The translations under genes and the position numbers were made by a program. From Clostridiales bacterium (GTDB taxonomy: Bacteria > Bacillota > Clostridia > Saccharofermentanales > Saccharofermentanaceae), in assembly GCA_017513085.1 (NCBI GenBank), contig JAFWDK010000016.1:60766-124765 (forward strand): DNA of 64,000 nt, given 5' to 3'. The notes beneath the pieces were generated by a model that did not search any database, was not told where the DNA came from, and saw nothing but the letters and a program-made list of their open reading frames with translations. Below, piece by piece: positions 1 through 8,857 of the stretch (position 1 is its first letter; every line of letters starts with the position of its first letter).

Positions 1-2
1 AA

Positions 3-536
3 ATCATCCGTAGCTTCGCCGGCGACCCGATCCTGGCGCACCGCGAAGGCTGCAAGTTCCTGGATTCTTTCTACAAAGTCAGCATCCCGGAAAAGGCCGA
101 CATCGTTGTCGTTTCCGCGGGCGGTTTCCCGAAGGATATCAATATGTATCAGGCGCAAAAAGCACTGGACAATGCGAAGCATGCGGTCAAGGAGGGCGGT
201 ATCATCGTCTGGATCGCGTCCTGTAAGGAAGGTCTGGGCGAGCATCACTTTGAGCAGTGGCTCACCGGTCACGAGAAGAGTTCCGATATGATCACGCATA
301 TCAAGACTGACTTCGTCCTCGGCGGACACAAGGCTGCAGCTATCGCGATGGTACTGGAAAAGGCCCGTATCTTCTTTGTTTCCGACCTCGAACACGACTT
401 CGTCAAGCGAGTCTTCTTAGAGCCGTATTCCGACATTCAGACCGCAATCGATGCCGCGATTGAAGCTAAAGGAAAAGATGCCAAGATCGTCGTAATGCCT
501 TATGGCGGATCGACACTTCCGAAGGTTGCCGAGTAA
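3..536 (+). CDS. larA: Nickel-pincer-dependent lactate racemase (LarA/DUF2088) family protein, 5'-truncated by window edge
   Basis: Frame open from base 3: ...AGDPILAHREGC...ADIVVVSAGGFPKDINMYQAQKALDNA...GGIIVWIASCKEGLG...GGHKA...MPYGG, typical of the LarA C-terminal half. Substrate not determinable. Confidence 0.8.
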   Translation: MIRSFAGDPILAHREGCKFLDSFYKVSIPEKADIVVVSAGGFPKDINMYQAQKALDNAKHAVKEGGIIVWIASCKEGLGEHHFEQWLTGHEKSSDMITHIKTDFVLGGHKAAAIAMVLEKARIFFVSDLEHDFVKRVFLEPYSDIQTAIDAAIEAKGKDAKIVVMPYGGSTLPKVAE

Positions 537-575
537 AATACCGCATCCATTGATCAGGTAAAACAACAATTAACG

Positions 576-610
576 AAAGAGGACGTCTGTTAGAAGGCGT
601 CCTCTTTTTC
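576..610. terminator. Intrinsic terminator, probably bidirectional
   Basis: AAAGAGGACG-loop-CGTCCTCTTTTT hairpin between convergent genes. Confidence 0.75.
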
Positions 611-611
611 T

Positions 612-1100
612 TTATACTAGTTTCAGTTTTACGTCTACCGACTCGTCATCGCCGATGGTCAATATCGCGTAGCCGCCGCGCCTCAGTGCGCCTCCGTTAA
701 TAAACCGGATCCCCTCTTCCGTCTCGTCCACGGCACAGTGAGTATGCCCGTACACCACGATGTCGCAGTGCTTTTCGCGCGCGGTAACGGCAAGGAGCGA
801 ATAGCTCGGGCCATGAAAAAGATGCCCATGCGTAAGGAATACCCGATGTGTTTCCGAGATCGGGAAAGCCAGGACCGGTGGCAATTGCGAAGCGGTATGA
901 GTATAAATATCGCAGTTTCCGCAAACCATATACAATTCAAATTTATGGTTTTCTTTGCGTATCACATCCTCGACCTCATGCGTCTCCATCTGAAGATCGC
1001 CGGCAATGATAACGCCATCCAGCGGAGATTCCTGCATGACCACATAGCGTAGGTTTTCTTCCCGTCCGTGTATATCCGAACAAATCAGATATTTCTTCAT
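612..1100 (-). CDS. Metallophosphoesterase, YfcE/Vps29 (calcineurin-like) family
   Basis: Motifs SDIHG, AGD, GNCD, THGH, GHTH. ATG at 1100 lies 10 nt after the radical SAM stop. Confidence 0.85.
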   Translation of the reverse strand: MKKYLICSDIHGREENLRYVVMQESPLDGVIIAGDLQMETHEVEDVIRKENHKFELYMVCGNCDIYTHTASQLPPVLAFPISETHRVFLTHGHLFHGPSYSLLAVTAREKHCDIVVYGHTHCAVDETEEGIRFINGGALRRGGYAILTIGDDESVDVKLKLV

Positions 1101-1110
1101 AGGATACACC

Positions 1111-2205
1111 TCACTCCTTATACATACGCTCCATAAATCGCGGATTCTCAGCTGAAAGAAGGTTTTGAGCCGCCTGATCCGCAAGTTCGATAGTCAACTT
1201 CTCATATTCACACTGCAACGCGGAAACCAAAGACATTGAACCTGTATGTCCATGATTCGCGCAGGCACACATATGGCGGCAACGCGGGCGAAGCACGCAC
1301 TCCGAGCAGTTTTTTTCTTCGATACGCTGCGATTCCAAAGAAGAAAGCTTCTTCTCATCAATGCCTGTTTCCAGGTCACCGACCAGGAAATCATCCCTAC
1401 CGATAAAATGCGTGCACGGATAAAACTTTCCGTCCACATCCACCATCATCTTATGTCCGCCGAAATGGCAAAGGCGGTTATCCGCGTCTCTTCCACGGAT
1501 ATAATTTCTGATCTTGTTTTCGAAAGGAAGAAACCGGAAAATATCATCTCCCCGATTCCATTTCTCATATAGTTTCTCCACTTTTTCCAGTTCCCGCCTA
1601 AGGACAGAAAACCTCTCCTCGGTCCAATCAACACGTTCTCCATGAGCCGGAACCAGGCTTACCGAGCGCACACCCTTTTCCCTGAAGAAGCAAATAGAAT
1701 CCGCAATCTTATCCGCATGATCCGGATGCACCGTCATCATAATGATCGTTTCCGGGAAAACACGGAGCAACATCTCCAGTTTTCTGTCGACCACTTCGGA
1801 AGTAGTCCTTCCGCCACGGTCAACACGAGAAAGATCCTGCGCCAATCCATCGTGTGAAAGTGCCAGCAGGATATGATTCTTCTTGGCAAAAGCAAGAAAC
1901 TCTTCGTCCAGCAAGAGTCCATTGGTCGTGATCTCGAAGGTGACTTTCATACCGGAGATCGTTCGTGTTTTCTGCTGTGCGTACTGAACCAGAAACTCGA
2001 TCTCTTTCCGGGCCAGAAGCGGTTCTCCTCCATAAAAGGATATCTGCGCGCTTCCTGTCAACAAGTTATCGATGGCCCGCATCGCTGTTTCTATTGGCAT
2101 ATACTTGTCCTCATGTTTCTGAAGACAATACCTGCAATCAAAATTACACTGGTGAGTCATCACCAGTGTAAGTCTTTGCATCTTCATAGATCCTTGATCC
2201 TTCAT
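1111..2205 (-). CDS. Radical SAM/SPASM domain protein (putative peptide or protein maturase)
   Basis: CNFDCRYC (CxxxCxxC), FYGGEPLL, TTNG, SHDG. C-terminal SPASM: C...VDVDGKFYPC...CSECxxxxxCxxxCAC...C. Start chosen at MKDQ after AAGGAA. Confidence 0.9.
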   Translation of the reverse strand: MKDQGSMKMQRLTLVMTHQCNFDCRYCLQKHEDKYMPIETAMRAIDNLLTGSAQISFYGGEPLLARKEIEFLVQYAQQKTRTISGMKVTFEITTNGLLLDEEFLAFAKKNHILLALSHDGLAQDLSRVDRGGRTTSEVVDRKLEMLLRVFPETIIMMTVHPDHADKIADSICFFREKGVRSVSLVPAHGERVDWTEERFSVLRRELEKVEKLYEKWNRGDDIFRFLPFENKIRNYIRGRDADNRLCHFGGHKMMVDVDGKFYPCTHFIGRDDFLVGDLETGIDEKKLSSLESQRIEEKNCSECVLRPRCRHMCACANHGHTGSMSLVSALQCEYEKLTIELADQAAQNLLSAENPRFMERMYKE

Positions 2206-2236
2206 TCGTATTTCCTTTTCCGTACCTGCAGACAGC

Positions 2237-2638
2237 TTATGAATCTGTCGTATCGTCTGACTCACATGTCTCGCAAGGAATTTCGCCTTCGATCATGCAA
2301 TCGTCTGACGGTTCGGTCTCGATCGTTTCTTCGCCCATCAAGACTTCTGTTTCATCTGTCGGCTCAGTCGTAATTTGAACAACATCGCCATCAATCACCA
2401 TTTCTGTTGTTTCAAAACCGCCGAAATCCAATCCGTTCGCCATTCCACCCAAAAATCCCTTTGTTCTGCCGTTTCCTTCCGAAGTTTTGTCACCACATCC
2501 CGTAGCCAGTGACATGGTCGCTGCCAGAGCAGTAACGGCAGCAATCTTTGTTACCGCTGACACCTTGGAAAAATGCTTGACCTGTTCCAATGTCGGATAT
2601 CCGGGATTCACATTGTTTTTGATCGGCGACTGTTTCAT
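2237..2638 (-). CDS. Small acidic lipoprotein-like protein with repeated [IL]xG[DE] motifs; putative radical SAM substrate
   Basis: AGGAGG RBS; N-terminal PIK...PGYP extension; hydrophobic helix ending LATGC (lipobox-like); repeats VIDGDV, VLMGEE, MIEGEI in an E/T/D-rich tail. Confidence 0.7.
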   Translation of the reverse strand: MKQSPIKNNVNPGYPTLEQVKHFSKVSAVTKIAAVTALAATMSLATGCGDKTSEGNGRTKGFLGGMANGLDFGGFETTEMVIDGDVVQITTEPTDETEVLMGEETIETEPSDDCMIEGEIPCETCESDDTTDS

Positions 2639-2667
2639 ATTCTTGTCCTCCTGATTTCTCTTTCATA

Positions 2668-2700
2668 TATTAGACGAGAAAAAAGAGTGTTTTGTTGCAA
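2668..2700 (-). promoter_or_regulatory. ECF-sigma-type promoter, copy 1
   Basis: Minus strand TTGCAAC-N17-CGTCTAATA, 30 nt upstream of the ATG at 2638. Confidence 0.7.
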
Positions 2701-2807
2701 AAAAAGTAAAAAGGATCCAAACTTTTCTTTTGTAATATTATAACGCCAAAGCACTTCAGAATAAACTGCCTGTTCTTTTCAGGGAAAGGCCGGAAGGATA
2801 CCCGGGC

Positions 2808-3563
2808 TCAGTGTTTCGATTTTATCTGTATCGCCGTACCGGCGCCGATCAGTGCCGCCCATATGAAAAAGGACACCCAGACATTTTCGCACCCTTGCTT
2901 CACAACCGGATCCAGGAAGGACGGGAGTTTCTCCCACGAATACAGAAGTCCTGCCGTCGTCACGAAAGCATCGCGGATAATGTCCGCGCCGATTACGGCA
3001 GTGATCACTTTAATGGCCGGCTCCTGAAGTATGCAGATCAGAATGCCCACCAGGATACCGATCACCGCAGCGATCAGGCAGATCGCTAAGAATTTCTCCC
3101 ACTCGGTATTGCCCGGAATATAGGACATCAAAGACGAGATCTGTTTATCCGAGATCAGACTCTGACTGGCTTCCGAAGCCTCTGTCAGTTTCGCCACGGA
3201 GTTCGGGGAAAAGGTAATGAAAAGATTCAAGTTTGCCTGCGTCTTCACAATATACAGAACAAACACTTTCATGATCGTATACCAGGTGAAAAAGAAAGAA
3301 ACAAAGAACAGTGCTTTTTTATAGATCGCATAAGAAAGAAGCCCTAGAAGCACGCCCAGAACGATAGGGAAAGCCATACTCCAGATCTCTTGAAACTCTT
3401 TCGGGATCTTCTCGAGAAGAAAGGCCGTGTCCAGAATATTGCCCAACTGGATACCCATAAAGAATCCGGCAACGGCCATAGAAAACCGGAAGAGCCGAAA
3501 CCCCAGAAAGCAAAGCAGTATGCCCAGTATGAAAGCGGCGATCAATAAGAGATTGTCGATCAC
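2808..3563 (-). CDS. Polytopic membrane protein, DUF4203/TMEM198-like
   Basis: N-terminal GILLCFLGFRLFR...GF.MG pattern and about 6 hydrophobic segments; GGGAGG RBS. Confidence 0.6.
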   Translation of the reverse strand: MIDNLLLIAAFILGILLCFLGFRLFRFSMAVAGFFMGIQLGNILDTAFLLEKIPKEFQEIWSMAFPIVLGVLLGLLSYAIYKKALFFVSFFFTWYTIMKVFVLYIVKTQANLNLFITFSPNSVAKLTEASEASQSLISDKQISSLMSYIPGNTEWEKFLAICLIAAVIGILVGILICILQEPAIKVITAVIGADIIRDAFVTTAGLLYSWEKLPSFLDPVVKQGCENVWVSFFIWAALIGAGTAIQIKSKH

Positions 3564-3744
3564 GTGCGCCTATCCTCCCAATTCTATTGTTGACTTTTAT
3601 TATAGTATGCGTTCCTTTTTCCAAATGTAACAAAACGTTTTCAATTGCCCGACACTTTTACTTAAAATTGCCTTGCGATTATCGTTTGACTTTGCGAAAA
3701 TAGATACAGTACTTCGATTTTAAGAAGATTGGGAGGTTTGAATT

Positions 3745-5574
3745 ATGCTTTACGATAACAAGATCTGGGTAGGCGGCACCACAAATAAGTGCTTTATTGA
3801 GCCATCTAAGGCAAATCGTCATGGTCTCATTGCCGGTGCGACCGGTACAGGCAAATCCGTGACGCTCAAAGTCCTGGCTGAGAGTTTCTCGGATATGGGG
3901 GTTCCTGTTTTTCTGGCAGATGTAAAAGGTGATATGTCCGGTATCTGCTGCCCTGGTGTTTCCAATGATAATATGACGTCACGCATCGCGAAATTCGGAA
4001 TCGAGAATTTCGAATATAAAGCATATCCGACCGCTTTCTATGACGTTTTCGGACAGTTGGGCATCCCGCTTCGCACCACTGTTTCAGAACTTGGTCCGAT
4101 CCTTCTCGGACGTATGCTTGGTCTTTCTGATGTGCAGCGCGCCGTGATGTCCATGGTATTCCGTATTGCTGACGATCAGCAGCTCCTGCTCTATGATCTC
4201 AAGGACCTTCGTCTCCTTCTGACATATATCGGTGATCACGCCAGTGAGTACAAGCTCACATACGGCAATATCTCTACTGCTACCATCGGTGCCATCCAGA
4301 GAAATCTGGCTCTGCTTTCCGATGAGGGTGCAGAAGCGTTCTTCCAGGAACCGGCCTTCGATATTATGGACTTTGTAAAGACAGATATTAACGGACGCGG
4401 CATGATCAACGTTCTCAACGCGACCCAGTTGTTCAACAAGCCTCTTCTCTACTCGACATTTATGCTGTGGCTCTTGAGCGAGCTTTATGAGAATATGCCG
4501 GAAGTCGGTGATCTGGACAAGCCGAAGATGGTATTCTTCTTCGATGAGGCCCATCTGCTCTTTAATGAAGCACCTGCTTTCCTGATCGAAAAGGTCGACC
4601 AGATCGTTCGTCTGATCCGTTCCAAGGGCATCGGCATTTACTTTATCTCCCAGAGCCCAAGCGATATTCCGGATTCGATCCTTGCCCAGCTTCAGAACCG
4701 TATTCAGCATGCACTTCGTGCCTATACACCTGCTGAGCAGAAGAAACTTAAAGCCGCTGCAGAGTCTTTCCGTGCCAACCCTGGTTTCGACACAGAAGCT
4801 GCGCTCTCCGAGCTGGCTGTCGGCGAGGCACTCGTTTCTCTTCTGGATGCCAAGGGTACTCCGGGCATCGTAGAGCGTGCTTTCATTCTCCCGCCTCAGA
4901 GCTTCATCGGTTCTGCCGGAGATGAGAATATTCTGAAACTTACTCAGCTGAATCCGTTGTACGCGAAGTATAAAGATCCGGTCGATCCGGAATCCGCTTA
5001 TGAAATCCTGATGCGTAAATATGATCCGAATTATGGTGCACAGGCAGCACCTGTTGCTCCGGCCGCTGATTCCGTTTCGGCTTCCGGCGCACCGGTAGCC
5101 GTAGCACCTGTCTTTGACGCAGCGTCTGAAACTGCTCCTGCAGCAGCCCCTGTAGCTGCAGCGGCCGCCGCACCTGTAGCAGCAGCAACCACCGCACCTG
5201 CCGCCGTGGCAGCAGATGCCAAGGCAGCGGAGAAAGCACGTGCTGCAGAGATCCGCGATCAGCGTGAAGCAGACCGTCAGGAAGACCGTGAGCGCCGCAT
5301 CGAAGAAAGAGAGCGTGCTGCGGAGATCCGTGAACAGCGTGAAAGAGACCGCCAGGAAGACCGTGAGCGTCGTGAACTGGAGCGTCAGCAGAAGGCTGAA
5401 GAAAAAGCCCGCAAGGAAGCAGAGCGTGCAGAAGCCAAGGCAAAGGCCGAAGCTGAGCGTGCAAAGAAGAACAGTCCTGTAACCAAGATGGTCAACTCTG
5501 CCACTACCGCAGCAGGCCGTCAGATCGGTTCTTCCTTGATCCGTGGTATCTTCGGAAGCTTGCTGAAGAAGTAA
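3745..5574 (+). CDS. HerA-like P-loop ATPase, DUF853/YjgR family
   Basis: ANRHGLIAGATGTGKS, DVKGD, FFFDEAHLLF, LIRSKGIG, QHALRAYTP, C-terminal IRGIFGSL. Confidence 0.9.
   Translation: MLYDNKIWVGGTTNKCFIEPSKANRHGLIAGATGTGKSVTLKVLAESFSDMGVPVFLADVKGDMSGICCPGVSNDNMTSRIAKFGIENFEYKAYPTAFYDVFGQLGIPLRTTVSELGPILLGRMLGLSDVQRAVMSMVFRIADDQQLLLYDLKDLRLLLTYIGDHASEYKLTYGNISTATIGAIQRNLALLSDEGAEAFFQEPAFDIMDFVKTDINGRGMINVLNATQLFNKPLLYSTFMLWLLSELYENMPEVGDLDKPKMVFFFDEAHLLFNEAPAFLIEKVDQIVRLIRSKGIGIYFISQSPSDIPDSILAQLQNRIQHALRAYTPAEQKKLKAAAESFRANPGFDTEAALSELAVGEALVSLLDAKGTPGIVERAFILPPQSFIGSAGDENILKLTQLNPLYAKYKDPVDPESAYEILMRKYDPNYGAQAAPVAPAADSVSASGAPVAVAPVFDAASETAPAAAPVAAAAAAPVAAATTAPAAVAADAKAAEKARAAEIRDQREADRQEDRERRIEERERAAEIREQRERDRQEDRERRELERQQKAEEKARKEAERAEAKAKAEAERAKKNSPVTKMVNSATTAAGRQIGSSLIRGIFGSLLKK
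5239..5373 (+). repeat. Intragenic imperfect 60-nt duplication, 75-nt period
   Basis: RAAEIRDQREADRQEDRERR at 5239 and RAAEIREQRERDRQEDRERR at 5314. Confidence 0.8.
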
Positions 5575-5599
5575 GATCTGAACAACAGTTAAAAACGAT

Positions 5600-5631
5600 A
5601 AGAGGAGTTGCACCATGCAGCTCCTCTTTTT
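5600..5631. terminator. Intrinsic terminator
   Basis: AAGAGGAGTTGCA-CCA-TGCAGCTCCTCTT followed by a T-run, between convergent genes. Confidence 0.8.
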
Positions 5632-5644
5632 ATTTCCGTCAGCA

Positions 5645-6097
5645 TTACCAGTACTGCGCAAGATCTCCGGTAAAATCCCACCCGAAGAAGACCAAGGCAA
5701 GATTGCGCAGAACGAAGAACCCGATCACGACAACTAAAATGCCCCACATCTCCCACTGATGCATGATCTTCCATTCTTTTTTCTTTGGGAAAAGCACATT
5801 ATGCCCAAGCGCCGACCAGATCCGCAAGACCAGCACCGCCGTATAGATCGGGATCGGATTGGAAAGAAGCGACGAGAGGATCTTTCCATGTAACAGATAT
5901 TGGATCGCACGGGTTCCGCCACATCCTGGGCAGTACAGATGAAATACTTTGGAAAACTCACATCTCCCTTCCTGAAAAGCAAGAGAATCCCTTTTCGGAT
6001 ATAACAACGCGAGGTACAAAAAAGCACCTGCAAGGATCACGGTAGTAATCACCAGTCCGATCTTCGGTGCTTTTTTCTTAGTATTCTGCGAATCCAT
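5645..6097 (-). CDS. DUF2752 family membrane protein
   Basis: C-x(8)-CPGCGGTRA...L.HG...NP signature and C-terminal LRN. Confidence 0.85.
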   Translation of the reverse strand: MDSQNTKKKAPKIGLVITTVILAGAFLYLALLYPKRDSLAFQEGRCEFSKVFHLYCPGCGGTRAIQYLLHGKILSSLLSNPIPIYTAVLVLRIWSALGHNVLFPKKKEWKIMHQWEMWGILVVVIGFFVLRNLALVFFGWDFTGDLAQYW

Positions 6098-6103
6098 CAG
6101 AAA

Positions 6104-6652
6104 TCAGAAGAAAATGCTGATGGCGCCGACGCCACAGGTAGAGACCATGCATATATAGTCCATCACGATCTGGAAGAAACAGGAGCAGATCCCCAAGATC
6201 CATCCGGCCATTCCTAAGGACTTCTTCGTACCATTATTGGCATGTCCGATAATACCCAGAATGATTGCCGCCAGACTTATGAGATAGAGTGGATCAAAAA
6301 AGAAACCTAAAACTCCGAAAACGAAAGCCAGAACGCAGACTGCCTCATAGTCGGGGCGTCCGGCATTGGCCATTCTCTGCGCATATTGCTGGCGGTCGTA
6401 ATCGTTATAAGGAATCCGGTTAGGCTGTTCGAATTGTTGCGAATGCGGACCTTGATTCGACGGAACAGGCAACGGTGCGACAGGCGGCTGGATCGGAGCC
6501 GGAGCAGGCTTCACTCCATTCGACTGGGTCGAAGTCGTATTCGTTGACGGAGTAGCCGGTGCCAGGATCGCACCTTGCAGATTATTCCCGCATCTCAAGC
6601 AGAACTGGGAACCTTCCGGGTTTTCCTGTTGGCAAAACTTGCAAACTGGCAT
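6104..6652 (-). CDS. Zinc-ribbon / Pro-Gln-rich / DUF4190-like membrane protein
   Basis: CKFC...FCLRCG at the N-terminus, low-complexity linker, then LAFVFGVLG...AAIILGIIG...MAGWILG helices. Confidence 0.7.
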   Translation of the reverse strand: MPVCKFCQQENPEGSQFCLRCGNNLQGAILAPATPSTNTTSTQSNGVKPAPAPIQPPVAPLPVPSNQGPHSQQFEQPNRIPYNDYDRQQYAQRMANAGRPDYEAVCVLAFVFGVLGFFFDPLYLISLAAIILGIIGHANNGTKKSLGMAGWILGICSCFFQIVMDYICMVSTCGVGAISIFF

Positions 6653-6723
6653 ATTCTCCTCCTTGCGCTTCGCGTATACACTTACGGACGTTTCCTTAGC
6701 GGATCCGATGCTCAGATCGTCTC

Positions 6724-8208
6724 TTATTTGTTGTAGAGTTTCTTCTTCATGTACTCCGGCTCACAAGTAATGTTGATGCCGAGCTTTCGGAATACATTCT
6801 CGTCCACGCTCGACAAGATCGTTGTCGAGTGCGCATCACTGTGGCGCAGATTATTGATCTGCTGCATCGCCAGTTCCGCTACCGGGTTCGTCGCCGCACT
6901 CATGGCCAGAGCGATCAAAACCTCATCGGTATGCAGTCTCGGGTTACGGTTACCCATATGGTTCACCTTCAGATCCTGGATCGGCTCGATAACATTTGGA
7001 GAAATCAACGGGATCTCGTGCTGGATACCGGCCAGTGCTTTGAGCGCATTAAGAAGTGCTGCAGCGGAAGCACCGAGTAATTCTGTATTCTTTCCGGTCA
7101 CGATCGTGCCGTCCGGAAGTTCCAGCGCGACCGCCGGACCGTGTGTAGATTCTGCTCGAACCATGGCTGCGCCGACGACGCGACGGTCATTGGTCTCGAT
7201 GCCGGATTTATTCATAAGAAGCTCGATCTTATTTACGTCACTGCCGTCGGAAAGGCCCTGGCGGACTGCGCACTTAGCCTGATAGTAACGGCGGATGATC
7301 TCCTGCTTGCTGGCCTCGCGGCATGCCTCATCGTCCTCGATCGCAAAACCTGCCATATTTACGCCCATGTCTGTAGGGCTCTTGTACGGGGACTCGCCGT
7401 AGATTTTCTCGAAGATCGCGTTCACGACCGGGAAGATCTCCACGTCACGGTTATAGTTGACCGTCGTTTCACCATACGCTTCAAGATGGAAAGGATCGAT
7501 CATGTTGACATCGGCGAGGTCTGCGGTTGCTGCTTCATAAGCAATATTGACCGGATGATTGAGCGGGATGCTCCAGATCGGGAAAGTCTCGAACTTCGCA
7601 TAGCCGGCCTTCACGCCACGGCGGTTCTCGTGATACAGCTGGGAAAGGCATGTCGCCATCTTTCCGGAACCCGGGCCCGGCGCCGTTACGACCACGAGGG
7701 AACGTGATGTCTCGATATATTCATTCTTGCCATAACCTTCGTCACTTACGATCAGCGGGACATTGGTCGGGTAACCGGCGATCGGGTAGTGCTTGTAGAC
7801 CTTGACACCCAGCTGTCTGAGACGCTTGCCGAAATGCTCGGCCAGAGGCTGGTTCGTATATTGTGTTATCGCTACGGATCCGACATAAAGCCCGATCTCG
7901 GTAAAAGCATCGATCAGGCGGAGCACTTCCTGATCGTAAGTGATGCCCAGATCACCACGGCGCTTATTCTTCTCGATCGCATCGGCATTGATTGCGATCA
8001 CGATCTCCACATCATCCTTAAGTTCAAGGAGCATCTTGACCTTACTATCCGGATGGAAGCCCGGAAGTACGCGAGAAGCATGGTAATCGTCAAAAAGCTT
8101 TCCGCCAAACTCAAGATACAGTTTTCCACCGAATTGACCGATACGGTCCCGGATCTTCTGCGACTGCATCTGCACATATTTATCGTTATTAAAGCCTACT
8201 TTAAACAT
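6724..8208 (-). CDS. DUF1846 (UPF0371) family protein
   Basis: [54 protein letters not shown]. Confidence 0.9.
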   Translation of the reverse strand: MFKVGFNNDKYVQMQSQKIRDRIGQFGGKLYLEFGGKLFDDYHASRVLPGFHPDSKVKMLLELKDDVEIVIAINADAIEKNKRRGDLGITYDQEVLRLIDAFTEIGLYVGSVAITQYTNQPLAEHFGKRLRQLGVKVYKHYPIAGYPTNVPLIVSDEGYGKNEYIETSRSLVVVTAPGPGSGKMATCLSQLYHENRRGVKAGYAKFETFPIWSIPLNHPVNIAYEAATADLADVNMIDPFHLEAYGETTVNYNRDVEIFPVVNAIFEKIYGESPYKSPTDMGVNMAGFAIEDDEACREASKQEIIRRYYQAKCAVRQGLSDGSDVNKIELLMNKSGIETNDRRVVGAAMVRAESTHGPAVALELPDGTIVTGKNTELLGASAAALLNALKALAGIQHEIPLISPNVIEPIQDLKVNHMGNRNPRLHTDEVLIALAMSAATNPVAELAMQQINNLRHSDAHSTTILSSVDENVFRKLGINITCEPEYMKKKLYNK

Positions 8209-8354
8209 ACATCTCACGCCCCTTGTCATAAAAGAAAAGAGCTTCTCGCGAATAATCTTGAGAAGCTCGTCAGCCTTTTTAACGGCTCTTTGCAATTATA
8301 ACACATTTTGATATGCTGTCTACATAACAAACCGTCAAAAAGGAGTACTTTTTT

Positions 8355-8822
8355 ATGCGTTTTCTGATTCAAAGAGTTACCTCTGCCAAAGTAGATGTCG
8401 AGGGTAAGACCGTGGGGTCCATAGATCGCGGATTTCTCGTATTTATAGGCGTTTGCGCCACTGACACCAAGGAGATTGCGCTGGCCATGGTCAAGAAACT
8501 CCTTGGACTTCGCATCTTCCGTGACGAGAACGACAAGACCAATCTGAGCCTGGCCGACGTCAACGGAAGTCTCCTTCTCATCTCCCAGTTCACACTCTAT
8601 GCAGACTGCCATCACGGCAACCGTCCCTCGTTTATCAACGCGAGCAAGCCCGACCTGGCTAATTCTCTTTATGAGTACATCATCGAGCTCTGCCGAAGCG
8701 AGGTACATACTGTGGAGACCGGCATCTTCGGTGCAGACATGGCCGTATCGATCGAAAACGAAGGACCGTTCACGATCTGGCTCGACAGCGAAGAGATTTT
8801 GCGTAAAAATTCTCGGAACTAG
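8355..8822 (+). CDS. dtd: D-aminoacyl-tRNA deacylase
   Basis: QRV, LRIF, SQFTL, GNRPSF, FGADM and N-x-GP-x-T motifs. Confidence 0.95.
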   Translation: MRFLIQRVTSAKVDVEGKTVGSIDRGFLVFIGVCATDTKEIALAMVKKLLGLRIFRDENDKTNLSLADVNGSLLLISQFTLYADCHHGNRPSFINASKPDLANSLYEYIIELCRSEVHTVETGIFGADMAVSIENEGPFTIWLDSEEILRKNSRN

Positions 8823-8857
8823 GTTCTCTGGCTTCGTCCTGCGGAAGCGCTTCTTTC

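Noticed and set aside
1111-2205. Radical SAM enzyme as an anaerobic sulfatase maturase or SCIFF/ranthipeptide maturase
   Set aside because: No adjacent sulfatase (the AP-superfamily gene at 54787 has a Thr nucleophile and is distant), no N-terminal RRE and no SCIFF-like precursor. Not fully excluded without an HMM search.
3745-5574. HerA-based anti-phage defence system
   Set aside because: Motifs match the widespread DUF853/YjgR family and there is no adjacent nuclease, SIR2 or other effector.
4084-5700. 538-aa minus-strand ORF with Cys-rich runs (CCHGGRCGGCCC)
   Set aside because: Antisense to the DUF853 gene; the Cys runs are reverse complements of GCA alanine codons, not a metallothionein or RiPP.
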